Under the pieces are notes generated by a model, which had not been told where the DNA came from, ran no database searches, and saw only the letters and a program-made list of their open reading frames with translations. This document shows positions 37,704-46,876 of a stretch of 64,000 nucleotides of DNA, one piece after another. The translations under genes and the position numbers were made by a program. The DNA lies in NCBI GenBank assembly GCA_002718345.1, contig PBDA01000031.1:17260-81259 (forward strand). Reading direction: 5' to 3'. This stretch comes from Rhodospirillaceae bacterium (lineage in GTDB: Bacteria > Pseudomonadota > Gammaproteobacteria > Steroidobacterales > Rariloculaceae). Positions within the stretch are counted from its first letter, which is position 1. Each line of letters starts with the position of its first letter.

Positions 37704-39169
37704 TGCTTACGACTGAACTAAATTCCCCCGATTACCCAGGCGCACAGTATGATCAAAACTGGCAAAAACTAACTTTTCCGCAAAACTATCGTAACCCAAT
37801 CCCAAAAAAGTGTTATCACTTGGTAATTATAGGTGCAGGTCCTGCAGGGTTAATTACCGCAATTACTGCATCTGGACTAGGCGCTAAAGTAGCGCTTATA
37901 GAACAGAGAGGAATGGGCGGCGACTGTCTCAATGTTGGTTGTGTACCTTCTAAGGCTTTGCTTGAGTTTACAAAACATAAATCATCCCCGACATTCAATG
38001 ACGCATTTTCATGGATGAGACAAACCCGAAATTTGATTGCCAGACATGATTCAGTTGAGAGATATGTCAAAAAAGGCGTTGATGTCTTTCTTGGGACTGG
38101 GAGTTTTCTTGACGAAAAAACAATAAAGGTTGGCGAGCAAGAATTAACTACACAAAAAACACTAATTGCTACAGGATCCAATCCAAAATTTCCTCACTTA
38201 ATTGGGCTATCAGAATCTCACCCTTTAACCAATGAATCTGTTTTTAATCTGACTGAACCACCAAAAGACCTTGCAATTCTTGGCGCAGGCCCTGTCGGTT
38301 GTGAACTCAGTCAAGCACTTTCCCGGCTTGGCATCAAAATAAATTTATTTGAAATAGCAGATAAAATACTTTCAAAAGAACACCCAAAAGCTAGCGACAT
38401 GGTTACTCAATTCCTACTTGATGACGGCGTCCAATTATTCACTGGAACAAAGATATCTGAAATAAAAAAAACTGATACTCATTTAATAGTATGTACTGAC
38501 AAAGGAAAGATAAGGGTCGAGAAAATCTTAGTCGCTGCAGGGCGTCAAGCAAACATTAACAGCCTAGGGATAGAGTCTATTGGTATAGAGCTTCGGAATG
38601 GACTAATAGCAGTTGATAACAAGCTTCGAACAACCAACCCTAAAGTATTTGCCGCAGGAGATGTCTGCTCACAGCTTCAGTACACACATAATGCTGATTC
38701 TCATGCGCGTATTGTCGTACAGAATTCATTATTTGCTCCCACGGCGACAACAGATAAACTTGTAGTGCCACATTGCACCTATACAAATCCTGAAGTTGCT
38801 AGCGTTGGAGAGACCCAAGAAACTCTGACGGCCCAAGGGGTCTCTTTTGATACGTATAACATTGCATTAGGTGACTTAGACCGAAGTCAAACAAGAGGAG
38901 ATCGCACAGGCTTTGTTGAAGTACTTACTTCTTCTAAAAGAGACAACATTCTTGGAGCAACTATCGTAGCCCGTGATGCTGGCGAACAAATAGCATCCAT
39001 TTGTGTTGCCATGGCTAATAACATAGGCCTCAGGGCACTTGGGAAAGCAGTCATTCCCTATCCGACAAGAGGAGAGTATCTCAAACGCTTAGCAGACACT
39101 TATAACCGAAAACGAATCACTCCTATCGCAAGAAAACTACTTAATATTTGGTTCCAAAAGAACGAATAA
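37703..39169 (+). CDS. FAD-dependent pyridine nucleotide-disulfide oxidoreductase (class I, redox-active CxxxxC)
   Basis: 488 aa with the FAD fold VIIGAGPAG, redox disulfide GGDCLNVGCVPSK, NAD fold ILGAGPVGCE and a C-terminal dimerisation domain. It has no NmerA domain and no C-terminal Cys pair. Confidence 0.88.
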   Translation: MLTTELNSPDYPGAQYDQNWQKLTFPQNYRNPIPKKCYHLVIIGAGPAGLITAITASGLGAKVALIEQRGMGGDCLNVGCVPSKALLEFTKHKSSPTFNDAFSWMRQTRNLIARHDSVERYVKKGVDVFLGTGSFLDEKTIKVGEQELTTQKTLIATGSNPKFPHLIGLSESHPLTNESVFNLTEPPKDLAILGAGPVGCELSQALSRLGIKINLFEIADKILSKEHPKASDMVTQFLLDDGVQLFTGTKISEIKKTDTHLIVCTDKGKIRVEKILVAAGRQANINSLGIESIGIELRNGLIAVDNKLRTTNPKVFAAGDVCSQLQYTHNADSHARIVVQNSLFAPTATTDKLVVPHCTYTNPEVASVGETQETLTAQGVSFDTYNIALGDLDRSQTRGDRTGFVEVLTSSKRDNILGATIVARDAGEQIASICVAMANNIGLRALGKAVIPYPTRGEYLKRLADTYNRKRITPIARKLLNIWFQKNE

Positions 39170-39184
39170 TGCAAGTTAAATACA

Positions 39185-39919
39185 GTGAATAAGCATTTTG
39201 ATATTGCCATAGTCATACCTGTTTTTCGTGACACAGAAAAATGCTGCTCACTGATAAATCGCATTCGAAATTGGCCCAAACAACCGGCTGAGATTGTTGT
39301 GGTATCAGCAGAACAGAATAAAGTGCTATTAAATTTTTGTGCTGATAACAACTGCCAATACACTACAGCTCATGAATGTAGAGGAACACAGCTAGATATT
39401 GGAGCTAAGTTAACTAAAGCAGCTGTATTGTGGTTCTTACATGCTGATTCAGTCCCTGACTCTAAAAGCCTAAACATAATAGAGACAAAATGTTTGAATA
39501 ACTATGGCAGCGGGCACTTTAAATTTAGATTTACAGGAGAACGAACTTGGAAAAAAATATTTCTTGAATCTCTAATAAAATTTCGTATTTTACTTGGTGG
39601 AATTGCATACGGAGATCAGGGTCTGTTTATGCAACGACAAAATTATTTGGACTGCGGAGGATTTGATAATCAACCATTATTTGAAGAAATTCGCTTAGTA
39701 AAAAATCTACGCAAGAAAACACAATTTCAATCTCTAAATACGCCAATTGGAGTTTCGCCAAGGCGCTGGATTCAAGGAGGTTGGATAAAACAAAGCCTAA
39801 AAAACCGCATATTGGTGATACGCTATCTTTTAGGTACACAGGCAGAAAAATTAGCTCATAGTTACTATATGGCACCCAAAGCCCAAAACTTTACCGCCGA
39901 CCAGGAGCCAAAGAAGTGA
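39185..39919 (+). CDS. Family 2 glycosyltransferase-like protein (rSAM/selenodomain-associated transferase 2 type)
   Basis: 244 aa with IAIVIPVFRD, FLHADS and YGDQGLFMQRQNYLDCGGFDNQPLFEEIRLVKNL. Confidence 0.8.
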   Translation: MNKHFDIAIVIPVFRDTEKCCSLINRIRNWPKQPAEIVVVSAEQNKVLLNFCADNNCQYTTAHECRGTQLDIGAKLTKAAVLWFLHADSVPDSKSLNIIETKCLNNYGSGHFKFRFTGERTWKKIFLESLIKFRILLGGIAYGDQGLFMQRQNYLDCGGFDNQPLFEEIRLVKNLRKKTQFQSLNTPIGVSPRRWIQGGWIKQSLKNRILVIRYLLGTQAEKLAHSYYMAPKAQNFTADQEPKK

Positions 39920-40824
39920 GCGTGGCGTTGGATTTGCTCAGATATACCCCAAGCGGTGAGCCTAGGGGTTATATAAAGCCCATCCAGTTGCGAGAACTAT
40001 GGTTCCATACCGGAACAGCATGCAATCTAGCATGTCCTTTTTGCCTGGAAGGCTCAAAACCTGGCGACAACCGTCTTGAACGAATAACTCTAGAAGATAC
40101 CCTTCCTTTTTTTGAAGATGCTGTATCACTAGGTGTTGAGCAGTTTTCATTTACCGGTGGTGAGCCTTTTATTGTAAAAGACTTTGTGCGTACCCTTGAA
40201 TACGCTTCAAATTTAAAGCCTTGTTTGGTATTAACAAATGGTACTGATCCCCTGTTAAAACGAATTAATCAACTAGATTCGCTCATTTATCAACCAAATC
40301 AGGTTGCATTCCGGATAAGTATCGACTATCACGATGAGTCAAAACACGATGGTGGACGAGGCACTGGAAGCTTCCAAAAATCTCTAGAAAGCTTAAAGGC
40401 TCTGGATGAGAAAGGATTCAAAATATCAGTTGCCAGGCAAATGACTATCAATGAAGATAGCAATGCTATTGATAGGATATATCGTACTTTATTCAGAAAA
40501 CAGGGGATTCCTGAAAACACGACAATCGTGTCTTTCCCGGATTTCTTTACACCAGGATCAACACCTACCGTACCCTCTATTACAGAGAACTGCATGACCA
40601 CCTATCACTCCAAAAAAACTAGGGAAGCATTCATGTGCTCATTCTCAAAAATGGTAGTTAAAAAAAATGGGAAAATGCGAATTTATGCATGCACATTAGT
40701 TGATGATGATGAAACTTATGACCTTGGTAGCGATCTAAAAGAAAGCATAGAAAAAAAAATTATGATGCGGCATCACCGCTGTTATAGTTGCTTTACTTAT
40801 GGGTCGTCGTGCAGCGAAATTTAA
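39916..40824 (+). CDS. Radical SAM enzyme with a Cys-rich C-terminal domain
   Basis: 302 aa with CX3CX2C at C36/C40/C43 (ACNLACPFC) and the SAM-binding motif FTGGEPF. Six further Cys fall in the last 77 residues, including the terminal CYSCFTYGSSC. It overlaps the GT2 gene by 4 nt. Confidence 0.85.
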   Translation: MSVALDLLRYTPSGEPRGYIKPIQLRELWFHTGTACNLACPFCLEGSKPGDNRLERITLEDTLPFFEDAVSLGVEQFSFTGGEPFIVKDFVRTLEYASNLKPCLVLTNGTDPLLKRINQLDSLIYQPNQVAFRISIDYHDESKHDGGRGTGSFQKSLESLKALDEKGFKISVARQMTINEDSNAIDRIYRTLFRKQGIPENTTIVSFPDFFTPGSTPTVPSITENCMTTYHSKKTREAFMCSFSKMVVKKNGKMRIYACTLVDDDETYDLGSDLKESIEKKIMMRHHRCYSCFTYGSSCSEI

Positions 40825-40855
40825 CTTGTTTATAACTGGGATACTAAACTAAAAA

Positions 40856-41935
40856 GTGGAAAACCAAATTGAAACCCTTGCTGATATAAGTCTTCCTTGG
40901 ATTGAATGGATTAGCCCTTACATTTGGCTGCAAGCAGCACTCATTGTAGTTCTTGGCCTAATTCTCGCTTTAATTGCAGAACATCTAATTGTTGCCACAC
41001 TTGAAAAACTTGTAGCCCGAACCTCTAGCGCTCTTGACGATGAGGTAATCTCAGCCCTAAAGAGACCACTTTTTGTAAGTATTTTTTTTATTAGTTTGGC
41101 GTTGGCAACATTTCGTCTGAATTTTCCTGTTCCTCTTATTGACGTTACCTTAGCAAGTTTGACAACTATTGCGGTTTTAGTATGGCTTGGTTTTTTTATT
41201 AGACTGACACGTGTAGTTCTAACTGTACTTAGCAGAGCAAAAGGCAGGTATGAGTTTGTTCAGCCCTCAACACTTCCTCTTTTTGATAATTCCGCAAAAC
41301 TATTACTTTTTCTCAGTGCTCTATATTTTATTTTTCTGGCATGGGGAATTAATGTCAGCGCATTAATTGCATCGGCTGGAATAGTGGGATTAGCGTTAAG
41401 CTTTGGCGCTCAAGATGCGCTTTCAAACATTTTTGGCGGCATGTCTATTCTTGCAGATAGACCGTTTAAAGTGGGCGACTTCATTAATCTTGATACTGGA
41501 GAAAGGGGCGAAGTTACCCATATTGGCCTGCGCAGTACGCGACTACTCACGCGCGATGATGTTGAAATTAGTGTCCCCAACAGTCTTATGGGTAATGCCA
41601 AAATTATTAATGAGACTGGCGGGCCCCATGAAAAATTCCGTATTAGGGTAAAAGTTGGTGTTGCCTATGGAAGCGACATTGATGAAGTTGAAAACATCCT
41701 CTTTCAAGTTGCATCGTCCCACCCTGAGATTTGCGATACACCACACCCAATAACGCGTTTGCGTGCCTTTGGTGTTTCAAGCCTAGATTTTGAGCTCCTT
41801 GCTTGGGTAGAGGAACCCGTTCTGAGGGGACGCCTTGAACATGAACTAAATAGGAACGTATATAAAGCCTTCAATGAAGCAAAAATTGTAATTCCATTTC
41901 CTCAACAAGATATACATATTAAATCTCAGAGCTAA
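40856..41935 (+). CDS. Small-conductance mechanosensitive channel (MscS family)
   Basis: 359 aa with N-terminal TM helices and the MscS core LSNIFGGMSILADRPFKVGDFI...GEVTHIGLRSTRL. Confidence 0.88.
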   Translation: MENQIETLADISLPWIEWISPYIWLQAALIVVLGLILALIAEHLIVATLEKLVARTSSALDDEVISALKRPLFVSIFFISLALATFRLNFPVPLIDVTLASLTTIAVLVWLGFFIRLTRVVLTVLSRAKGRYEFVQPSTLPLFDNSAKLLLFLSALYFIFLAWGINVSALIASAGIVGLALSFGAQDALSNIFGGMSILADRPFKVGDFINLDTGERGEVTHIGLRSTRLLTRDDVEISVPNSLMGNAKIINETGGPHEKFRIRVKVGVAYGSDIDEVENILFQVASSHPEICDTPHPITRLRAFGVSSLDFELLAWVEEPVLRGRLEHELNRNVYKAFNEAKIVIPFPQQDIHIKSQS

Positions 41936-42027
41936 TATACTCACTCAAACCAGATAAATCAGCGCCAAAATCAGCCAAATAAGCGCAAATTTCTAACAAA
42001 ACTTTTAATATCTATAGAACTAAGATT

Positions 42028-42291
42028 ATGCAAATTTGTCACTCACATAATTTAAGCAGCGCCCAAAAGAATTCTAAACCTTACGGTATTCGTGTAAGTC
42101 TTCCTAAAGGAGATGCTTTCATAGCACTGCTTGGTTCAGACTGGGCTCAGTTCCACTGGTTTGCTACACCTGAAGAACGCGATATAAAACTTGACGATAT
42201 GGCAAGTGAACACTTGTATTCCCGGCGAGGCGACCGACCTAGCCTAATTTTTAAACCAGTAGAAAAATCAGAAAAGTCGGATTCTCAGTAA
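42028..42291 (+). CDS. Hypothetical small protein
   Basis: 87 aa with no signal peptide or TM helix. I recognise no motif. It lies 81 nt upstream of, and co-directional with, the next unknown ORF. Confidence 0.45.
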   Translation: MQICHSHNLSSAQKNSKPYGIRVSLPKGDAFIALLGSDWAQFHWFATPEERDIKLDDMASEHLYSRRGDRPSLIFKPVEKSEKSDSQ

Positions 42292-42372
42292 CGCGCTCGT
42301 ATAATAGCCGACTTTTGTATCCCATGATTAAAGTAGCATGGGCAACATTTCTAATCTCTTGGAGAAACGAGA

Positions 42373-43737
42373 ATGCTTGATCTTATGAAGATTGCTCAGA
42401 CCGAGGCGCAGGGAGGAAACCTATTTGGACACCTCGAAAAACTGTTTGAGCCCTCCGATATTCAACCTTCAGGTTATAAAGATGCAGTAATCTGGAAAGG
42501 CGGAAACCATTGCGGGACGGTAAATCCGGTAGCCCATTCTCTTACTGATGCTTATGCACTACTGGGAACAATTGCAGCTATTGATGTTCTGCAACTTCCT
42601 TTTTATGCGGTTCCTATGTGGGCACAGTACCGCCATGACACAAAGCTTGCCCCATTAAGCTGGTTTGGGAATATGCCATGTACATCAATCAAATGGTCAA
42701 CTGCAGGTGATGCATATGTAAATGATGCGCACGGCAAAAAAGTTGTTGTTATGGGAAAATCAGGTAATGCGCCCCTAAGGACACAAGCGGGAGTCTACTG
42801 TAATATTCGTCCATACGGACGCACAACTGTAGTTCGTTGTATGCCTTGTCTACCATACTCCCAAGATAAGGCTCTTTTCGACGTCAACCCAGAAACCGGA
42901 ATAATACACAGCGAAATGAACACACCAGGTATTCAGATGGCTTATGCAAACCGTCGTTTCCTAAAGATGGTTCATGAGACAGGTAGAATTGGACGGGTAG
43001 CTTTCAAACCAACACAGGCGCAAGAGGATGGCATTAACTCTGGGCTTCTTTCATGGATGCTAGAAGGCACAAAATTTGAGGTGGGCCGTAAGTATGCGGT
43101 CGATGGTTATGTGGAACATCGTGAATTGGTCGACCGCATAATTAACTTATTACCTGCAAATTTTAAAGATGGTATGGATAGCTGGAGCGGTAGAATCGAA
43201 CAACATATTTCTGATACTAATTATGGAATACTAATTTGGGATCTCATTAAAAATGAAGATGTAATCATTCTAGCAACCGATCTTGACGGTGACCGACTAA
43301 CAGACCTGCTTGCCGATGTATCAGACCCGCTTCGAGCATTTGGAGAAAAAGTTCTCGATCATGTTGGTGTAAGCGTTGATGATCTATGGGGTGAAATGGG
43401 GTACACCACAGGAAACGGCCGTGATATGACATCAGTCATGTATCGTATGGAGGGACCACCAATACACGAGCAAACTCTCGGCTCAGCTGATGCCATGCTT
43501 CTGAGGCTGTTAGATGGGGATGAATCAATGGGTGGCACTAAACGCCCTTATGATCCTCGGATTCACTTCGTACTAATACGTGATGCTTATAGAGATGCTA
43601 ATCCTGATAACCAAGCACTTCATGATTGGTTAGATAAAGCACTTGCAACTTTTGATAATGTCTACGCTGGTGAAAGACCTGGATTTCTGGAAGGATACAC
43701 AAGGCTTAAAAAAGCCATTACTGCCTGGGGTGATTAA
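42373..43737 (+). CDS. Hypothetical soluble protein of unknown function
   Basis: 454 aa, a long clean ORF with GGAGAAA 7 nt upstream of the ATG. It has no TM helix or signal peptide, contains a CMPC pair, and has no family motif I can name. Confidence 0.7.
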   Translation: MLDLMKIAQTEAQGGNLFGHLEKLFEPSDIQPSGYKDAVIWKGGNHCGTVNPVAHSLTDAYALLGTIAAIDVLQLPFYAVPMWAQYRHDTKLAPLSWFGNMPCTSIKWSTAGDAYVNDAHGKKVVVMGKSGNAPLRTQAGVYCNIRPYGRTTVVRCMPCLPYSQDKALFDVNPETGIIHSEMNTPGIQMAYANRRFLKMVHETGRIGRVAFKPTQAQEDGINSGLLSWMLEGTKFEVGRKYAVDGYVEHRELVDRIINLLPANFKDGMDSWSGRIEQHISDTNYGILIWDLIKNEDVIILATDLDGDRLTDLLADVSDPLRAFGEKVLDHVGVSVDDLWGEMGYTTGNGRDMTSVMYRMEGPPIHEQTLGSADAMLLRLLDGDESMGGTKRPYDPRIHFVLIRDAYRDANPDNQALHDWLDKALATFDNVYAGERPGFLEGYTRLKKAITAWGD

Positions 43738-43792
43738 AAACCTATTTTAAAAAATATCTTTGTGCACGAATCAAAGTTGAGCGTCAGGCTAG

Positions 43793-45085
43793 CTATTTTG
43801 GTCGAGTCTGCCCGCTACCTCGTACAACATATTTATAACTAGTTAGTTGCTCAGCACCGACTGGCCCTCTTGCATGAATACGTCCTGTAGCAATACCGAT
43901 CTCTGCACCCATTCCGAACTCGCCACCATCAGCATATTGTGTTGAAGCGTTATGCAAAAGAATTGCGCTATCTAGTTCATTCAGAAACCGTTCTGCAGCC
44001 AAGTTGTCCTCTGTGAGAATTGCCTCAGTATGCCCAGAACCATATTGCCGTATATGCTCCATTGCTTCGTCTAGGCCATTAACCACGCGAACAGAAATTA
44101 TTGCCTCTAGATATTCCATATTCCAATCTGAATCTTCAGCACGCTTAACGCGTGAATCTATTTTCTGTGTAAATTCATCTCCACGTACCTCACATCCTGC
44201 TTCAATTAGATCAGTAATAAGAAATTGCAGGTGAGAATCACTAATGGCTTGATCCACTAACAAAGTTTCCGTTGCCCCACAGATACCTGGTCGACGCATT
44301 TTCGCATTCACCACAACTTTTCTAGCCATGTCCAGATCTGCTGCGGCATGAACATAAGTGTGGCAGAGCCCCTCAAGATGTCCCATGACCGGGATACGCG
44401 CATCCTGTTGCACCCTTGATATTAGACTCTTACCCCCGCGTGGCACTATCACATCCACAAATTCAGACATATCTCCCAAAAGGATGCCTACTGCCTCACG
44501 ATCCTGAGTGGGCATATATTGAACAGCCGTCTCTGGCAACCCGGCATTAGCAAGCCCCTGAACTAAACATGAATGGATTGCTGCATTTGAAAGAGCTGCT
44601 TCTGATCCTCCCCTAAGGATTACAGCATTGCCACTTTTTAAACAAAGCGCACCTGCATCACTTGTCACATTGGGTCGACTTTCATAAATAATACCAATGA
44701 CACCTAGCGGCACACGCACTCTTTGAATTTTCAAGCCATTAGGCCGATCCCATTCACCTACCACAACACCTACAGGATCTGGAAGATTAGCAATACTCTC
44801 TATACCTTCGGCCATAGCAGATACTCGGTTGTTATCTAATGCTAATCTATCTAAAAGCGCATTAGAAAGTTTACGTTTAGCGGCCTTTTGCATATCTGCA
44901 GCATTAGCTGCAAGTATGGAATCAACTGAATTACGAATTGCTTCAGCTGCTAAAAATAATGCCTCAGTCTTAATTTCAGAATTTATTCGAGTTAATTTAT
45001 CAGCAGCTTTTTTTGCTGCTTCACCTAACAGCCTCATCTGTAGCTGTAGATCTTGTGAAGTTTTGTTCCCAACAGACTCCATCAT
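43793..45085 (-). CDS. proA: Glutamate-5-semialdehyde dehydrogenase
   Basis: 430 aa, collinear with ProA. Motifs include IYESRPNVT, the catalytic Cys context PGICGATETLLV and the LNASTQYADGGEFG-type region. Confidence 0.95.
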   Translation of the reverse strand: MMESVGNKTSQDLQLQMRLLGEAAKKAADKLTRINSEIKTEALFLAAEAIRNSVDSILAANAADMQKAAKRKLSNALLDRLALDNNRVSAMAEGIESIANLPDPVGVVVGEWDRPNGLKIQRVRVPLGVIGIIYESRPNVTSDAGALCLKSGNAVILRGGSEAALSNAAIHSCLVQGLANAGLPETAVQYMPTQDREAVGILLGDMSEFVDVIVPRGGKSLISRVQQDARIPVMGHLEGLCHTYVHAAADLDMARKVVVNAKMRRPGICGATETLLVDQAISDSHLQFLITDLIEAGCEVRGDEFTQKIDSRVKRAEDSDWNMEYLEAIISVRVVNGLDEAMEHIRQYGSGHTEAILTEDNLAAERFLNELDSAILLHNASTQYADGGEFGMGAEIGIATGRIHARGPVGAEQLTSYKYVVRGSGQTRPK

Positions 45086-46230
45086 TCGCTCCCGTCGTTT
45101 ATCAACGCTAGATCATCTCTATGTATAAGCTCATCTCGACCTCGATAGCCCAAATTATTAATTATTTCATCTGAATGCAGACCCACTATGGAAAGCGCCT
45201 CATTGGAGGGATATGCAATAAGTCCTCGGCCTAACTCATTGCCTATTTTATCTTTAATGCTAACCGCATCACCGCGCTCAAAATCCCCGCTCACCTCTGT
45301 AACTCCTGCAGGCAATAGACTCTTACCTTCAATAAGTGCTGCTTTAGCACCATCATCAACAGTAACGGATCCCTTTGGCTTAAGTGTTCCTGCTATCCAT
45401 TGCTTGCGGGAAGCCTGTGGGTTCGTGTTGGGCAAAAACCAGGTACCTCTAGCTCCTTCTTGACATGCCTTTATTGGATGTTCCAAATGCCCAGAAGTAA
45501 TTAGCATTTGACAACCTGCCGACATCGCAATACGAGCTGCATCTAGCTTTGTATGCATACCACCACATGCATGTCTCGACCTAGGCCCACCTGCCATCTC
45601 CAAGTGTTCATCTGTCAGTTCATTTACTTCTGCAATATGATCACTGTCAGAACTTAAGGCAGGATCAGTTGTATACAAACCATCCACATCAGACAGTAAA
45701 ACCAAGCAATCCGCGCTAACCATTTGAGCAACTCGCGCTGCAAGACGATCATTATCACCGTAACGAATCTCCTGAGTAGCAACTGTGTCATTTTCATTAA
45801 CAACAGGTACCGAATTATTATTCAATAAAGTTGAAAGAGTACTTGCGGCATTCAGATAGCGCTTACGGCTTTCACTATCATCCAATGTGAGCAAGATCTG
45901 TGCTGCAGCTATACCATAAGCCCCAAGAATTTCCTGATAGGCATGAGCCAGTTGAATTTGCCCTATAGCAGCAGCAGCCTGACTTTCTTCTAACCGGGCC
46001 CGGACTGGGTTAATTCCCAACTGCCTGATACCCAGTGCTATTGCACCCGAAGATACAAGCACTACTTTCTTGCCCTGCTTATGTAGGCTAGATATATCAG
46101 CACATAAAGCTTCAAGCCATTGACGCTTTATGGCACCAGTATCTTCATTAATAACTAATGCTGATCCAATTTTGAGTACGATTCGCTGTGCCTGCGAAAA
46201 ACGCTCAGAGTTAACCTTAGAAAAATTCAC
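45082..46230 (-). CDS. proB: Glutamate 5-kinase (with C-terminal PUA domain)
   Basis: 382 aa with VLKIGSALV, VSSGAIALG and NENDTVA. The PUA-like C-terminus has GDAVSI. It overlaps proA by 4 nt. Confidence 0.95.
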   Translation of the reverse strand: MNFSKVNSERFSQAQRIVLKIGSALVINEDTGAIKRQWLEALCADISSLHKQGKKVVLVSSGAIALGIRQLGINPVRARLEESQAAAAIGQIQLAHAYQEILGAYGIAAAQILLTLDDSESRKRYLNAASTLSTLLNNNSVPVVNENDTVATQEIRYGDNDRLAARVAQMVSADCLVLLSDVDGLYTTDPALSSDSDHIAEVNELTDEHLEMAGGPRSRHACGGMHTKLDAARIAMSAGCQMLITSGHLEHPIKACQEGARGTWFLPNTNPQASRKQWIAGTLKPKGSVTVDDGAKAALIEGKSLLPAGVTEVSGDFERGDAVSIKDKIGNELGRGLIAYPSNEALSIVGLHSDEIINNLGYRGRDELIHRDDLALINDGSE

Positions 46231-46254
46231 TTTTATTTATCCTGCTAAGGTTGC

Positions 46255-46782
46255 CTAACCAGGAGTAAGTAATGGCACACCACGGGCCACTGCCATAGCC
46301 CCGCTGCGTACTACCGTCAGAATTTCGACTCGTCCTGAAAGGGCCAAGATAAATTTCTCTATTTCTTCGCTGCCTCCAAGGAGCTCAACAGTATAGTGCC
46401 CTTCATGATCATCTAAGATACGAGCTTCAAAGTTATTTGCTAATTCTATTAGTTCTTTTTTATCCTCACTATTTAATAAAAGCTTGAAAAGCACTAACTC
46501 ACGCTCAATATGATCTCCTTTAGTCATATCTATAATATTTACTACATCTATAAGCTTGCCGAGCTGCTTGATAATCTGGTCTATGATTTCATCTGACCCT
46601 ACTGTGACGAGAGTTAAACGCGATACAGTCTCATCATGGGTAGGTGCAACATTTAAACTCTCAATATTGAACCCACGTGATGAAAATAAATTGGCTACAC
46701 GAGCCAAAGCACCAGCCTCATTCTGAAGGAGAATTGAAATAATATGTCGCACTGTGTCCGTCCATTTCCTATAGTACGGCAT
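46255..46782 (-). CDS. ilvH: Acetolactate synthase small (regulatory) subunit
   Basis: The ACT-domain start is HIISILLQNEAGALARVANLFSSRGFNIESLNVAPT. The track ORF extends to 46848, but homology begins near Met23 (46782) or the GTG at 46752. I report the Met23 start. Confidence 0.88.
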   Translation of the reverse strand: MPYYRKWTDTVRHIISILLQNEAGALARVANLFSSRGFNIESLNVAPTHDETVSRLTLVTVGSDEIIDQIIKQLGKLIDVVNIIDMTKGDHIERELVLFKLLLNSEDKKELIELANNFEARILDDHEGHYTVELLGGSEEIEKFILALSGRVEILTVVRSGAMAVARGVPLLTPG

Positions 46783-46876
46783 AAGCCTTAGCTGGGAATG
46801 TTGGCGCAGAACAGCAGCTATTGCAATGTAAAACCTTTTAATCAACACTCAGCACGTTAATTGGATTTTCTTAACT

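Noticed and set aside
37703-39169. Calling the flavoprotein mercuric reductase MerA
   Set aside because: It has the CxxxxC redox pair, but lacks the N-terminal NmerA metal-binding domain and the C-terminal Cys-Cys pair needed for Hg(II) reduction. No merR, merT or merP gene is adjacent.
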